From assembly GCA_029821875.1 (NCBI GenBank), contig JALGXW010000010.1, positions 3,859-67,858 of the forward strand: 64,000 nucleotides of DNA, in the 5' to 3' direction. Position 1 is the first letter of the stretch, and each line of letters opens with the position of its first letter. The notes beneath the pieces were generated by a model. It saw only the letters and a list, made by a program, of their open reading frames with translations. It searched no databases and was not told where the DNA came from. The translations under genes were made by a program, and so were the position numbers. Origin of the DNA: Candidatus Hebobacterum abditum. Its GTDB lineage: Bacteria > Armatimonadota > Hebobacteria > Hebobacterales > Hebobacteraceae. This document shows positions 55,147 through 64,000 of the stretch, piece by piece.

Positions 55147-56469
55147 CTATGTCAGGTGTTTGAACTGCGGCAGCAGCGGCGCCTGGGCCTTGAACAGTTC
55201 ATCCACCATCTGCTTGATCTCGGCGAGCGAGAGCCTGGCGGCCGCCAGCGGATCATAGCAGCAGGCGTGATAGGCCGCCACCGGATCGCCGGTCAGGGCC
55301 GACTCCACCGTCAGCTCGGAGACCATCGTGTTGAGGTGGTTCAGGGCGACGAGTTGCGGCGGCAGCGTGCCAGCGTGGATGGGCTTGTATCCGGTCCGAT
55401 CGGCCACGATCGGCACCTCGACAACACACTGGTCCGGCAGGTTCGTGATGAGGTTCGTATTCGGCACGTTCCCGTTGAACTTGAAGGGCTCATCGAAGAG
55501 CAGGCCGCGTACGATGCTAGAAGCATACTCGTGTGAGCGCCCGAGCTTGATCTCGACCCGGCCCTCGGCATAGTCCTCGAGCCGCTTCTTCCAGGTCTCG
55601 GCAGCCTCGGAGTACTCGTGGAGGATGTAGCCGTGGACGCCCGGGTTCCAGTCCTTGCCATGGGTGCAGTACTGCTCGATCAGCTCGGGGCGCTTTCGGA
55701 ACCACCAGTTATACTCGGAGTTGTGCCCGCTCGATTCGGTGACGTAGTAGCCGAGCGCCTTGAACATCTCGTTACGGACGATATCGCGCTCATAGATCTC
55801 AGGCTTGTCAACAGCCTTGCGGAGCGCAGGATAGAGGCTTTCGCCGTTGCGCTCAAAGCGCAGAAGCCAGGCCTGGTGGTTGATGCCGGCACATTCCCAG
55901 ACAACTTCCTCCCAGGGCACACCTATCCACCCGGCCAGCATCCAGGCGAGTCCCTGAACGCTGTGGCACAGGCCGACCATGCGCACGGCGGTCTCGCGGA
56001 ACAGCGCCCGGCACAACATCACCATCGGATTGGTGTAGTTCAGGATGTAGGCGTTGGGAGCATACCTCTCGACGTCGCGCGCGATGTCGAGCATTTCAGG
56101 GATCGTCCGCAGGGAGCGGAAGACGGCCGCCGTTCCGTAGCTGTCGCCAACGTTGAAGTCCACCCCGTACTTCATCGGGATCTCGATCTCGGGCCGGAAC
56201 CCCTCCACGCCGTGCGCCAGGATCGTGATGACGACGATATCCGCGTCCTTCAGCCCCTCGGCGCGGTCGATGGTCGCCTCGACCTTCGCGGGGTACTTGC
56301 CCACTTCCATGATCCTCTCGACGGCGCGTTTGGCGTAGTCGAGGCGCTCCTCATCGATGTCGATGAGCGAGATCGTCGAGTCGGCCAGGTCCTCCCATGA
56401 CATCATGTCGATGACCAGCGTACGCGTGAAACCAAGGCTTCCCGCCCCGACAAAAGCGATCTTGGGCAT
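55147..56469 (-). CDS. Glycoside hydrolase family 4 (alpha-galactosidase/alpha-glucosidase MelA/AglA-like)
   Basis: 440 aa. MPKIAFVGAGSLGFTR N-terminus and GLCHSVQG-like GH4 core (MVGLCHSVQGLAW). Confidence 0.85.
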   Translation of the reverse strand: MPKIAFVGAGSLGFTRTLVIDMMSWEDLADSTISLIDIDEERLDYAKRAVERIMEVGKYPAKVEATIDRAEGLKDADIVVITILAHGVEGFRPEIEIPMKYGVDFNVGDSYGTAAVFRSLRTIPEMLDIARDVERYAPNAYILNYTNPMVMLCRALFRETAVRMVGLCHSVQGLAWMLAGWIGVPWEEVVWECAGINHQAWLLRFERNGESLYPALRKAVDKPEIYERDIVRNEMFKALGYYVTESSGHNSEYNWWFRKRPELIEQYCTHGKDWNPGVHGYILHEYSEAAETWKKRLEDYAEGRVEIKLGRSHEYASSIVRGLLFDEPFKFNGNVPNTNLITNLPDQCVVEVPIVADRTGYKPIHAGTLPPQLVALNHLNTMVSELTVESALTGDPVAAYHACCYDPLAAARLSLAEIKQMVDELFKAQAPLLPQFKHLT

Positions 56470-56855
56470 AGCTCACTCCTCACTAACAGCTTCACAGGCC
56501 GAGCCGACACTGCCCGGCCTGTCCGACTAGTAGTTCGTCGAGAGACCTGTTCTGCCCTCGTCACAGCATGGCAACAGTCTGTATTTTCGCCTGTTGTTCT
56601 TGGACGATCGTGTGGCGACGGCTCTGCTTCTCGCCGACTCGGAGTCCCTCCCTGTGGCTGTACGGGACGACAGGGCCATCACGAAGGCAACCTGCTGCTT
56701 GTGACGGGATGACGCCCTCAAGGGGACTGTCTGGCTGCTCCTCGCACCACGGCTGGGAACGGGCCCGCGGCCAATGTGCGCCTACTCGGCAAGGAAGTGT
56801 TGACGAGAGCAGCCAAGACCTGTAGCGATTCATGTCCGGTCTGGAGAAGGAGTTG

Positions 56856-58175
56856 ATGCCGAAGCGTACCATCGCCGTCCTTGTGCTGATCGTTGCCGCT
56901 GTGGCTGTCAGCATCGCCCTCCGGTCGCGGCCAGATGCCGGTGGCTGGGTATACGGCAGCGGCGTGGTCGAGGCCACCGAGGTGGACGTGAGTGCCCAGG
57001 TCAGCGGCCAGCTCATCGCAGTGCGGGTCAAGGAAGGCGACTCAGTCCTGAAGGGCGATGTGTTGGCGGAGATCGAGCCCGACTATCTCGAAGCCGAACT
57101 CCGGGCGGCAGTGGGAGCCGCAAGCGCGGCGGAGGCGGAGTTGGCGCGCGCGGAGGCGGCACTCTCGGGGGCAGTGCTCTCTCTGCAGAACGCACGTACG
57201 GCCTACGAGAAGAGCACCGAACTCAAGGGCCGATACGACCAAGCGCAGGCCCAGCACGAGGCCGCTGTGGCCGCCCGGGATCGAGCGCGAGCGCGCTTGG
57301 AGTTGGTGCGCGCGGGCGCACGGGAAGAGGCGATCGCGCAAGCTCGGGCAGCCGCCGAGAGCGCTGAGGCCGAGTGGGAGAATGCTCAGCGCGAGCTCGC
57401 CCGACTAGAGACGTTGGTGGCCGAGGGCGCCGTGTCCCAGCAGCAGGTTGACTTCCAGCGAACGGCCGAGAGGGCCGCTCGGGGAGCGCGAGATGTGGCC
57501 AGAGCACGTCTGGCAGAACTCCTCGCCGGGGCCAGGACTGAGGAGGAGCGAGAGGCGGAAGCCACGCTGGTGCAGGCTGAGGCGAACGTTGTGGTCGCGG
57601 AGCGCGCGCTCGAGACGGCTCGTGAGCTCTACGCCGACAAGCTCGAACTCAAGCAGAGGGCCGATGTCGCGGAGGCAGAGTATCTGGCAGCGCAGGAAGC
57701 CAGGGCCGCCGCGACCGGGCGACTCGAGGCTGCAGAGGCGGCGGTGGCCGCGGCGCAGAAGGGGCTGTCCGATGCAGTGGTCAAGTCTCCGCTCGACGCC
57801 GTCGTGCTGCTGAAGATCCGAGAGACGGGTGAGATGACTGCGCAGGGACAGCCAATCGTCCGGCTCGGAGACCTGGACAGGAAGTGGCTGCGAGTGTACG
57901 TCGCACAGACACAGATCAACCGCGTGAAGCTGGGGCAGCGTGCCGAGGTGACGATAGACGCTGACCCGGAACGCGCCTTCCCCGGAACGGTCACCGAGAT
58001 CTCTCAGGAAGCTGAGTTCACTCCGAAGAACGTGCAGACGCGCGAGCAGCGGACCAAGCTCGTCTTCGGCGTCAAGATCGAGTTTGCCGATGCCGAGAAC
58101 GAGCTGAAGCCGGGGATGCCGGCCGACGCTCGCATTCGCGTCGCGGTGGAAGGCGACGATGTCTCAGACCGATAG
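56856..58175 (+). CDS. HlyD-family periplasmic adaptor (membrane fusion protein)
   Basis: ATG 56856 lies 4 nt after the SD GGAGAAGGAG. The track start at 56832 is less likely. TM anchor, long coiled coil, beta-barrel/lipoyl motifs (VKSPLDAVV, KPGMPADARI). Confidence 0.75.
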   Translation: MPKRTIAVLVLIVAAVAVSIALRSRPDAGGWVYGSGVVEATEVDVSAQVSGQLIAVRVKEGDSVLKGDVLAEIEPDYLEAELRAAVGAASAAEAELARAEAALSGAVLSLQNARTAYEKSTELKGRYDQAQAQHEAAVAARDRARARLELVRAGAREEAIAQARAAAESAEAEWENAQRELARLETLVAEGAVSQQQVDFQRTAERAARGARDVARARLAELLAGARTEEEREAEATLVQAEANVVVAERALETARELYADKLELKQRADVAEAEYLAAQEARAAATGRLEAAEAAVAAAQKGLSDAVVKSPLDAVVLLKIRETGEMTAQGQPIVRLGDLDRKWLRVYVAQTQINRVKLGQRAEVTIDADPERAFPGTVTEISQEAEFTPKNVQTREQRTKLVFGVKIEFADAENELKPGMPADARIRVAVEGDDVSDR

Positions 58176-59106
58176 CGTCCCTGCGATCGAAGCACGGGGG
58201 CTCTCCAAGACGTTCGGAGGAGTCGTCGCTGTCGACGACCTTTCACTCGCGATCGCGCCCGGCGAGGTGTTCGGTCTGGTGGGGCCGGACGGCGCTGGCA
58301 AGACCACGACCATCCGGATGCTGTGCGGCGTGCTGCGACCAACCTCCGGTGCGGCGAGCGTGCTTGGGTTCGATGTCCCAACAGAGACGGACGAGGTCGG
58401 GCGCAGAGTCGGGTACATGCCGCAACGCTTCAGCCTCTATCCAGAGCTCACGGTAGCCGAGAACCTTATGTTCCGCGCCCGCGTCCACGACATGGCAGGA
58501 CGCGTTCTCGAGGAACGCCTCGAGTCTCTGCTCACCCTGACGCAGTTGGGACGCTTCCGCCATCGTCTCGCCAGCGCGCTCTCAGGCGGCATGAAGCAGA
58601 AGCTCGCCCTGGCGGCCGCCCTGCTGCCCGCGCCGAGCGTCCTCGTGTTGGATGAGCCGACAACCGGGGTGGACCCCGCCTCTCGCGGTGACTTCTGGGA
58701 GATGCTCCTCGGCCTGGCCGAGAAGGGCACGACCGTGATGGCCGCCACGGCCTACATGGACGAGGCAGAGCGCTGCCGTCGGGTCGGGCTCCTCTACCAG
58801 GGACGTCTGCTCGTGTGTGGAAGCCCCGACGAGATTCGAAGACAGGCCGGGCTCTCGCTCCTCCTGGTGTCCTGTCAGCCCCTTCAGTACGGACGAAGCG
58901 CCCTGCAGGAGGCCTCAGGCGTTCGCTGGGTCAAGGTCCTCGGAGACCGCCTTCACGTCGCGCTCGGCCTCGGCGGAACGGCCGACTCAGTTCAGGAATC
59001 GCTCGAGCGGATGGGAGTTCGCGTGACGCGCATCGAGCCCATTGAGCCTGCCCTCGAAGACGCGTTCTTCGAGTTCGTCAGGAGCCGGAGGGAGGCCGGA
59101 GTGTGA
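58159..59106 (+). CDS. ABC transporter ATP-binding protein (ABC-2/drug-export type), copy 1
   Basis: 315 aa. Walker A GPDGAGKTT, signature LSGGMKQKLALA, Walker B LVLDEPTTGVD. Confidence 0.85.
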   Translation: MSQTDSVPAIEARGLSKTFGGVVAVDDLSLAIAPGEVFGLVGPDGAGKTTTIRMLCGVLRPTSGAASVLGFDVPTETDEVGRRVGYMPQRFSLYPELTVAENLMFRARVHDMAGRVLEERLESLLTLTQLGRFRHRLASALSGGMKQKLALAAALLPAPSVLVLDEPTTGVDPASRGDFWEMLLGLAEKGTTVMAATAYMDEAERCRRVGLLYQGRLLVCGSPDEIRRQAGLSLLLVSCQPLQYGRSALQEASGVRWVKVLGDRLHVALGLGGTADSVQESLERMGVRVTRIEPIEPALEDAFFEFVRSRREAGV

Positions 59107-60047
59107 GCAACCCGGCCGTCGAGGTCCGCGAGCTTACCAAGCGTTTCGGCGACTTCACGGCAGTGAGCGAGGTATCGTTCTCGATATCCCCTGGGGAGAT
59201 CTTCGGCCTGCTCGGGCCCAACGGCGCCGGGAAGTCGACCACCGTCCGGATGCTCTGTGGCATTCTCCTGCCGACGAGCGGCGGAGGAAAGGTCGCCGGC
59301 TACGACGTGGTAGCCGAGCCGGAAGCGGTCCGTGCCCACATCGGGTACATGTCTCAGCGTTTCTCTCTCTATCCCGACCTCACCGTCCTGGAGAACCTCA
59401 CATTCTACGGAGGCGCCTACGGGCTCTCATCTGGGCTGTTGTCCGATCGGGCAGAGTGGGCGCTCGACATGGCCGGACTGGTGGAACAGCGCGGACAGCT
59501 CACGGCTGAGCTTCCCGTCGGCTGGCGACAGCGCCTGGCGCTCGCCTGCGCTCTTCTCCACGAGCCCAAGGTGGTCTTCCTGGACGAGCCGACGGCGGGA
59601 GCCGACCCGGTTTCCCGGTGGCAGTTCTGGGATGTGATCTACAGTCTGCGTGCCGCGGAGGTGGCGACTCTCGTCACGACGCACTACATGGACGAGGCCG
59701 AGCGATGCGACCGCCTGGGCTTCATCTTCTCGGGTCGGTTGGTCGCTCTCGGCTCGCCGGATGAACTCAGGAGCATTAGCACCCGGGAATCATTGGTCGA
59801 GGCGCAGTGCGAGATGCCTGCGGCGGCCGCCCAGGCATTGCGCGATCGGCACGGCCTTCCGCGGACCAGGCTGCACGGGCGGGGGCTGCACGTGTCCGTG
59901 CCCGAGTCCGAAGGCGCGGTGGAGAGGGTGAGAGCGGCCCTGCTCGCAGAACATCTCGACGTCAGGAGCGTGGAGGCGGTCACGCCCAGCTTGGAAGACG
60001 TCTTCGTGGATCTGACCCGATCGCGCGCGGAACAGTGGGCCCCATGA
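59103..60047 (+). CDS. ABC transporter ATP-binding protein, copy 2
   Basis: 314 aa. GPNGAGKST, VVFLDEPTAGAD. ATGA-type overlap with both neighbours. Confidence 0.85.
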   Translation: MSNPAVEVRELTKRFGDFTAVSEVSFSISPGEIFGLLGPNGAGKSTTVRMLCGILLPTSGGGKVAGYDVVAEPEAVRAHIGYMSQRFSLYPDLTVLENLTFYGGAYGLSSGLLSDRAEWALDMAGLVEQRGQLTAELPVGWRQRLALACALLHEPKVVFLDEPTAGADPVSRWQFWDVIYSLRAAEVATLVTTHYMDEAERCDRLGFIFSGRLVALGSPDELRSISTRESLVEAQCEMPAAAAQALRDRHGLPRTRLHGRGLHVSVPESEGAVERVRAALLAEHLDVRSVEAVTPSLEDVFVDLTRSRAEQWAP

Positions 60048-61165
60048 GCGTTCGGCGCGTGTGGGCAGTTGCCGACAAGGAGATCCGCTACCTCCTGCGG
60101 GACCCGCGGAGCCTGGGAGTCACTCTCCTCCTGCCTGTTGTCTTGCTTGTTCTCTTCGGGTATGCGATCAACTTCGACGTGAAGGGCATCCCTCTGGCCG
60201 TCTATGACCCCGACCTGACGCCTGCGAGCCGTGACCTGACGAATGCGCTCTCTCGGGCCGGATACTTCAGGCTGGTCGCCATGCTGTCATCGCCACAGCA
60301 GGCAGATCGCGTTCTGGCCGCCGGGAAGGCGAAGGTCGTGCTCGTGATACCTAGAGACTTCGGGGCTGATCTGGCCGCAGGGCGGCCGGCACAGGTGCAG
60401 AGCCTCATCAACGGCGCCGACTCTCTGACCGCGACTGTGGCGCTCGGCTACCTCGAGGGGATGATCCAGGACTGGGCGGCGCGCCGCGGTGAGCGACGGG
60501 GGGCTCCCCCTGGGCCCCGCCTGCCCATAGAGCCTCGCGTTCGCGTCTGGTTCAATGAGGATCTGGCAAGCGTGAAGTTCATCACGCCGGGGCTGGCCGT
60601 GGTGATCCTTATGCTACTGTCCGCGCTTCTCACCTCACAGACGATCGTGCGAGAGCGGGAGCGCGGCACAATGGAGGGCCTGGCTGTCTCGCCGCTCACG
60701 CGCGGTGAGATACTCGCCGGCAAGCTCCTCCCCTATGTGCTCATTGCACTGGTCGATGTCGCCCTCGTAGCCACGGCGGGGCGACTGCTCTTTGGGGTCC
60801 CGCTGCGCGGCTTGCCGCTTCTCCTGCTGGCGCTCCTGCTCACATATCTGCTGGCGGCGCTCGGCATCGGCCTCTTCATCTCCGCCCTGGCGCGCACGCA
60901 GCAGGCGGCCTACCTCGTCGCCTTCATCGCTACGCTTCTGCCCACCATCCTGCTCACGGGATTCATCTTCCCAGTGTCGAGCATGCCGCGCGTGTTCCAG
61001 GCGCTTGTCCAGATCCATCCGGCCACGCACTTCATGGTGGTTGCGCGCGCCGTCAGCCTGAAAGCCGCCGGGCTGTCGGTTCTGTGGCCGCGCGCGGTCG
61101 CTCTGGTGGCGCTCGCAGTTGTGGTCCTCGGAGCCACGACCGCGAAGTTCAGGAAGACTCTGTGA
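60044..61165 (+). CDS. ABC-2 family transporter permease, copy 1
   Basis: ATG 60044 is internal to track ORF 59807. 373 aa. One N-terminal TM helix, a large periplasmic loop, then five TM helices. The ABC-2 motif is present (ILAGKLLPYVLIALVDVALV). Confidence 0.8.
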   Translation: MSVRRVWAVADKEIRYLLRDPRSLGVTLLLPVVLLVLFGYAINFDVKGIPLAVYDPDLTPASRDLTNALSRAGYFRLVAMLSSPQQADRVLAAGKAKVVLVIPRDFGADLAAGRPAQVQSLINGADSLTATVALGYLEGMIQDWAARRGERRGAPPGPRLPIEPRVRVWFNEDLASVKFITPGLAVVILMLLSALLTSQTIVRERERGTMEGLAVSPLTRGEILAGKLLPYVLIALVDVALVATAGRLLFGVPLRGLPLLLLALLLTYLLAALGIGLFISALARTQQAAYLVAFIATLLPTILLTGFIFPVSSMPRVFQALVQIHPATHFMVVARAVSLKAAGLSVLWPRAVALVALAVVVLGATTAKFRKTL

Positions 61166-61172
61166 GGTCAGC

Positions 61173-62279
61173 GTGCGAACTCGTCTACGACACGTGATCC
61201 AGAAGGAGATCCTGCAGATCAAGCGTGACCGCCGGATCATGGCCATGCTCATCGTGGCGCCGCTGTTCCAGCTCTTCGTCTTCGGCTACGCTGTCACTCT
61301 CGACATCAAGCACATTCCGTTCGTCGTCTGCGACCACGCGCGTACGGCCCAGAGCCGCGAACTGGTAGGCACGCTCGACCGCTCCGAGTACTTTGACCTC
61401 GCGGGGCGGGTTGATTCCTCCGCACGCTTGGACGAGTACCTGACCTCGGGGCGAGCTCTGCTCGCGCTTCACATACCCGGTGACTTCGCCAAGCGCCTGG
61501 CCCGGGGCGAGACAGCGCAAGTGCAACTCCTTGTCGACGGCACCGACATGAACTCGGCGGGAGTGGCGATGGCGTATCTCTCGGCCGCGGTCTCCGACTA
61601 CGTGCGACGGCAGACCGGACTGGACTCAGCGCGCAGCGCTGTTTCGCACGAACCGCGCGTCTGGTACAACCCCGACCTGGCCAGCGTGGACTACATGGTC
61701 CCAGGTGTGATCTGCATGATACTCGCCACCGTGATGACAGCCGTCACGGCGCTGTCTCTCGTCCGAGAGCGCGAAGTGGGCACGCTGGAGCAACTCGTCG
61801 TCACCCCGATCCGCCCCATCGAGCTCATGCTGGGGAAGACGCTCCCGTTCTCGGCCATCGGCCTCATCGACGTCGGCCTCATAGTGCTGGCGGCGCGCTA
61901 CTGGTTCGGAGTGCACGTCGCGGGAAGCGTCGCTCTGCTCTTCTTCTCCGCCGCGCTGTTCCTTCTGACGACGCTCGGCCTCGGGCTCTTCATCTCGACC
62001 GTCTCGCGCACCCAGCAGCAGGCGATGCTGACGGCGTTCTTCGTCATCATGCCCTCGGTACTGCTGTCCGGGTTCATGTTCCCAATCGAGAACATGCCCC
62101 CGGCCGTGCAGTTGATGACTTACCTCATCCCGCTGCGCTACTTCGTGTCAATAGTGCGAGGGATATTCCTGCAGGGCGTCGGATTCGGAATACTGTGGGT
62201 GCAGTTCGCGGCCCTCGTAGCATCAGGCGGCACCGTCTTCGCGCTGAGCGCGCTGCGCTTCCAGAAGCGTCTTGGATGA
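61173..62279 (+). CDS. ABC-2 family transporter permease, copy 2
   Basis: GTG 61173 lies 8 nt after the copy-1 stop, in the frame of track ORF 61119. It is a paralogue of the upstream permease (ILQIKRDRRIMAMLIVAPLFQL ... ). Confidence 0.75.
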   Translation: MRTRLRHVIQKEILQIKRDRRIMAMLIVAPLFQLFVFGYAVTLDIKHIPFVVCDHARTAQSRELVGTLDRSEYFDLAGRVDSSARLDEYLTSGRALLALHIPGDFAKRLARGETAQVQLLVDGTDMNSAGVAMAYLSAAVSDYVRRQTGLDSARSAVSHEPRVWYNPDLASVDYMVPGVICMILATVMTAVTALSLVREREVGTLEQLVVTPIRPIELMLGKTLPFSAIGLIDVGLIVLAARYWFGVHVAGSVALLFFSAALFLLTTLGLGLFISTVSRTQQQAMLTAFFVIMPSVLLSGFMFPIENMPPAVQLMTYLIPLRYFVSIVRGIFLQGVGFGILWVQFAALVASGGTVFALSALRFQKRLG

Positions 62280-62292
62280 ACAGGAGGACACG

Positions 62293-64000
62293 TTGGCTTT
62301 CACGACTCGACCAGTGATCATGGGTACCCACGGCGCAGTTGCGGCGGGCCATTACCTTGCAGCACGGGCCGGGCTGCGCATGCTCGAGATCGGCGGCAAT
62401 GCTATCGACGCCGGGGTGGCGATGGGCTTCGCGCTGGCCGTCCTCAAGCCCGACCAGAACGGCATCGGTGGGGAGTCTCCCATCCTCATCTACTCGGCCG
62501 ACCGCGCGCGTGCCTTCGCCATCAACGGGCAGGGAGTGGCCCCCGGAGAAGCGACCCTCGATCGGTTCCGAGAGATGGGCGTTGATCTAATCCCAGGAGA
62601 TGGATTCCTTCCGGCCACGGTTCCCTCCGCCGTTGACAACTACATCACTTCGCTCGCTGTCTTCGGCACGCTGCCTCTTGCGGAGGTCATCGCGCCGGCG
62701 CTCGAGCTGGCCCGGGACGGCTTCCCCATGTACGAATCCCTCCGGTCTGGAATCGCAGAGAACATCCCGCGCTGGCAGGAGCACTACCCATCCAGTACGG
62801 CCACCTTCGCGCCGGGGGGCCGGGCCCCCGAAGTCGGCGAGGTGTGGGCCCAGTCTGACTGGGCAGGCTCGATGAGCCTGCTGGCCGAGGCGGAGCGCAA
62901 GCACGCTCGCCGAGGCCGGACCGGCGCGCTGCGCGCCGCCCGCGACGTCTTCTACAGAGGCGAGATCGGTCGCGAGATCGTCACGTTCTCCCGCGAGTGC
63001 CGGGTGATGGACGCGAGCGGAGAGGCGCATGTCGGTCTCTTCCAGGAGAATGACTTCGCGGCCTACTCCGCCCGAGTCGAAGAGCCCATCCAGGCCGACT
63101 ATCGAGGCCTCACCGTCCACAAGTGCAATACGTGGTGTCAGGGAGCGGTGTTCCTCCAGCAGGTCAAGCTGCTGGAAGGGCTCGACCTCGCCAGGATGGG
63201 CCATAACACGGCCGACTACATCCACACAGTGATCGAGTGCGCGAAGCTGGCCTTCGCCGACCGGAATGCTCACTACGGTGACCCTGACTTCGCGGAGGTG
63301 CCCTTGGGTCGGCTCCTGTCCGCGGACTACGCGGAGGAACGGCGGACGCTCATCGACCCGAAGCAGGCGTCACTGGAGGAGCGTCCGGGCGACGTGCCGG
63401 GCGGGGGGAAACGGCAGCCGGGAGCGGTGGCGGACGATGCGCCCTGGCCGACGGTGCACGGGGGAGACACGACGCGCTGCTGCGCCGTGGACCGGCATGG
63501 GAATATGATCTCCATCACACCCAGCGGAGGGTGGTTCATGTCGTCGCCAGCGGTGCCAGGCCTCGGCTTCCCGTTGGGGACGCGGGGGCAGATGTTCGAA
63601 CTGGACCCGGAGCATCCGAACTGCCTGGCGCCGGGGAAGCGGCCTCGCTCGACGCTTACGCCATCGCTCGTGACGAAGGACGGGAGGCCGTGGATGGTGT
63701 TCGGCACGCCTGGCGGAGATTGCCAGGACCAGTGGACCCTGCAGTTCTTCCTGAACTACGTGGAGTTCGGAATGGATCTGCAGGAGGCCATCGATCAGCC
63801 GACGTTCCACAGCGAGCACTTCCGGGACTCGTTCTATCCGCGCGGGTCGAGGCCGGGGCACATGTCGATCGAGGGGCGAATCGAAGAAGCGGTGCGAGAG
63901 GAGCTGGAGGAGCGGGGCCACGCGGTCAGCGTCGTCGGCGACTGGGAGAACGGTCAGTGCGAGGGCATCCGATTCGATGCGGAGACGGGGCTGATCTCGG
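62293..64000 (+). CDS. ggt: Gamma-glutamyltranspeptidase, partial (3' end beyond window)
   Basis: This frame is not in the supplied track because it lacks a stop. A TTG at 62293 follows the SD AGGAGGA (in-frame ATG at 62329). Translation shows the GGT family (IMGTHGAVAAGHYLAARAG ... GGDTTRCCAVD nucleophile Thr ... PGKRPRSTLTPS). Confidence 0.8.
   Translation, partial: MAFTTRPVIMGTHGAVAAGHYLAARAGLRMLEIGGNAIDAGVAMGFALAVLKPDQNGIGGESPILIYSADRARAFAINGQGVAPGEATLDRFREMGVDLIPGDGFLPATVPSAVDNYITSLAVFGTLPLAEVIAPALELARDGFPMYESLRSGIAENIPRWQEHYPSSTATFAPGGRAPEVGEVWAQSDWAGSMSLLAEAERKHARRGRTGALRAARDVFYRGEIGREIVTFSRECRVMDASGEAHVGLFQENDFAAYSARVEEPIQADYRGLTVHKCNTWCQGAVFLQQVKLLEGLDLARMGHNTADYIHTVIECAKLAFADRNAHYGDPDFAEVPLGRLLSADYAEERRTLIDPKQASLEERPGDVPGGGKRQPGAVADDAPWPTVHGGDTTRCCAVDRHGNMISITPSGGWFMSSPAVPGLGFPLGTRGQMFELDPEHPNCLAPGKRPRSTLTPSLVTKDGRPWMVFGTPGGDCQDQWTLQFFLNYVEFGMDLQEAIDQPTFHSEHFRDSFYPRGSRPGHMSIEGRIEEAVREELEERGHAVSVVGDWENGQCEGIRFDAETGLIS

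Overview
This is a GC-rich bacterial chromosomal window; third codon positions are dominated by G/C, which produces many long spurious antisense ORFs in the six-frame track. I could support about 60 genes and found no IS elements, transposases, CRISPR arrays or rRNA.

From the 5' end:

- **Division/cell-wall (dcw) block with non-canonical order:** ftsW C-terminus (partial), murC, murB, ddl, ftsQ, a DUF881 protein, a DUF1290 small basic protein, ftsA, murG. No ftsZ follows; a convergent HNH endonuclease sits where ftsZ would normally be.
- **Secreted repeat protein:** a gene driven by a near-consensus sigma70 promoter encodes a membrane-anchored protein with two duplicated Gly-Met-Arg pentapeptide-repeat modules (15-bp DNA tandem repeats).
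- **Housekeeping genes:** rhomboid protease, tRNA-Lys(TTT), an amino-acid permease fused to a UspA domain, aroA, a divergent aroC, and cstA.
- **Minus-strand sugar-nucleotide operon:** RmlA-like nucleotidyltransferase, GHMP kinase, galU, NDP-sugar epimerase, divergent from a GT2 glycosyltransferase.
- **Minus-strand conserved block:** mutL, miaA, dapF, dapL-like aminotransferase, hflX (no hfq), extended by an HEXXH protein and a solitary Eco57I/TaqI-type N6-adenine DNA methyltransferase.
- **Uncharacterised six-gene operon:** thioredoxin lipoprotein, two membrane-anchored ModA/TupA-like binding proteins with no permease or ATPase, a CxxC-less DsbA-like protein, and a tandem pair of amidohydrolase-2 proteins.
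- **Further genes:** a second SEDS gene (FtsW/RodA family), a DUF1844 protein, modAB without modC, a NUDIX–eIF2B/MtnA-like fusion divergent from a nitrilase-family hydrolase, then prmA, acpS, nnr and lspA.
- **Candidate peptide-maturation neighbourhood:** an ImmA/IrrE-like HEXXH mini-peptidase, a radical SAM/SPASM protein, an AT-rich island and an MFS exporter.
- **3' end:** nitroreductase and peroxiredoxin; a carbohydrate locus (BadF-type kinase, two GH4 hydrolases, a secreted beta-helix protein); an HlyD/ABC/ABC-2 efflux operon; and ggt (truncated by the window end).

The most unusual candidates are the binding-protein/thioredoxin/amidohydrolase operon, the NUDIX–e2b2 fusion, the Gly-Met-Arg repeat protein, and the radical-SAM neighbourhood. 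Many adjacent genes overlap by 4 nt (ATGA/GTGA), which suggests translational coupling.
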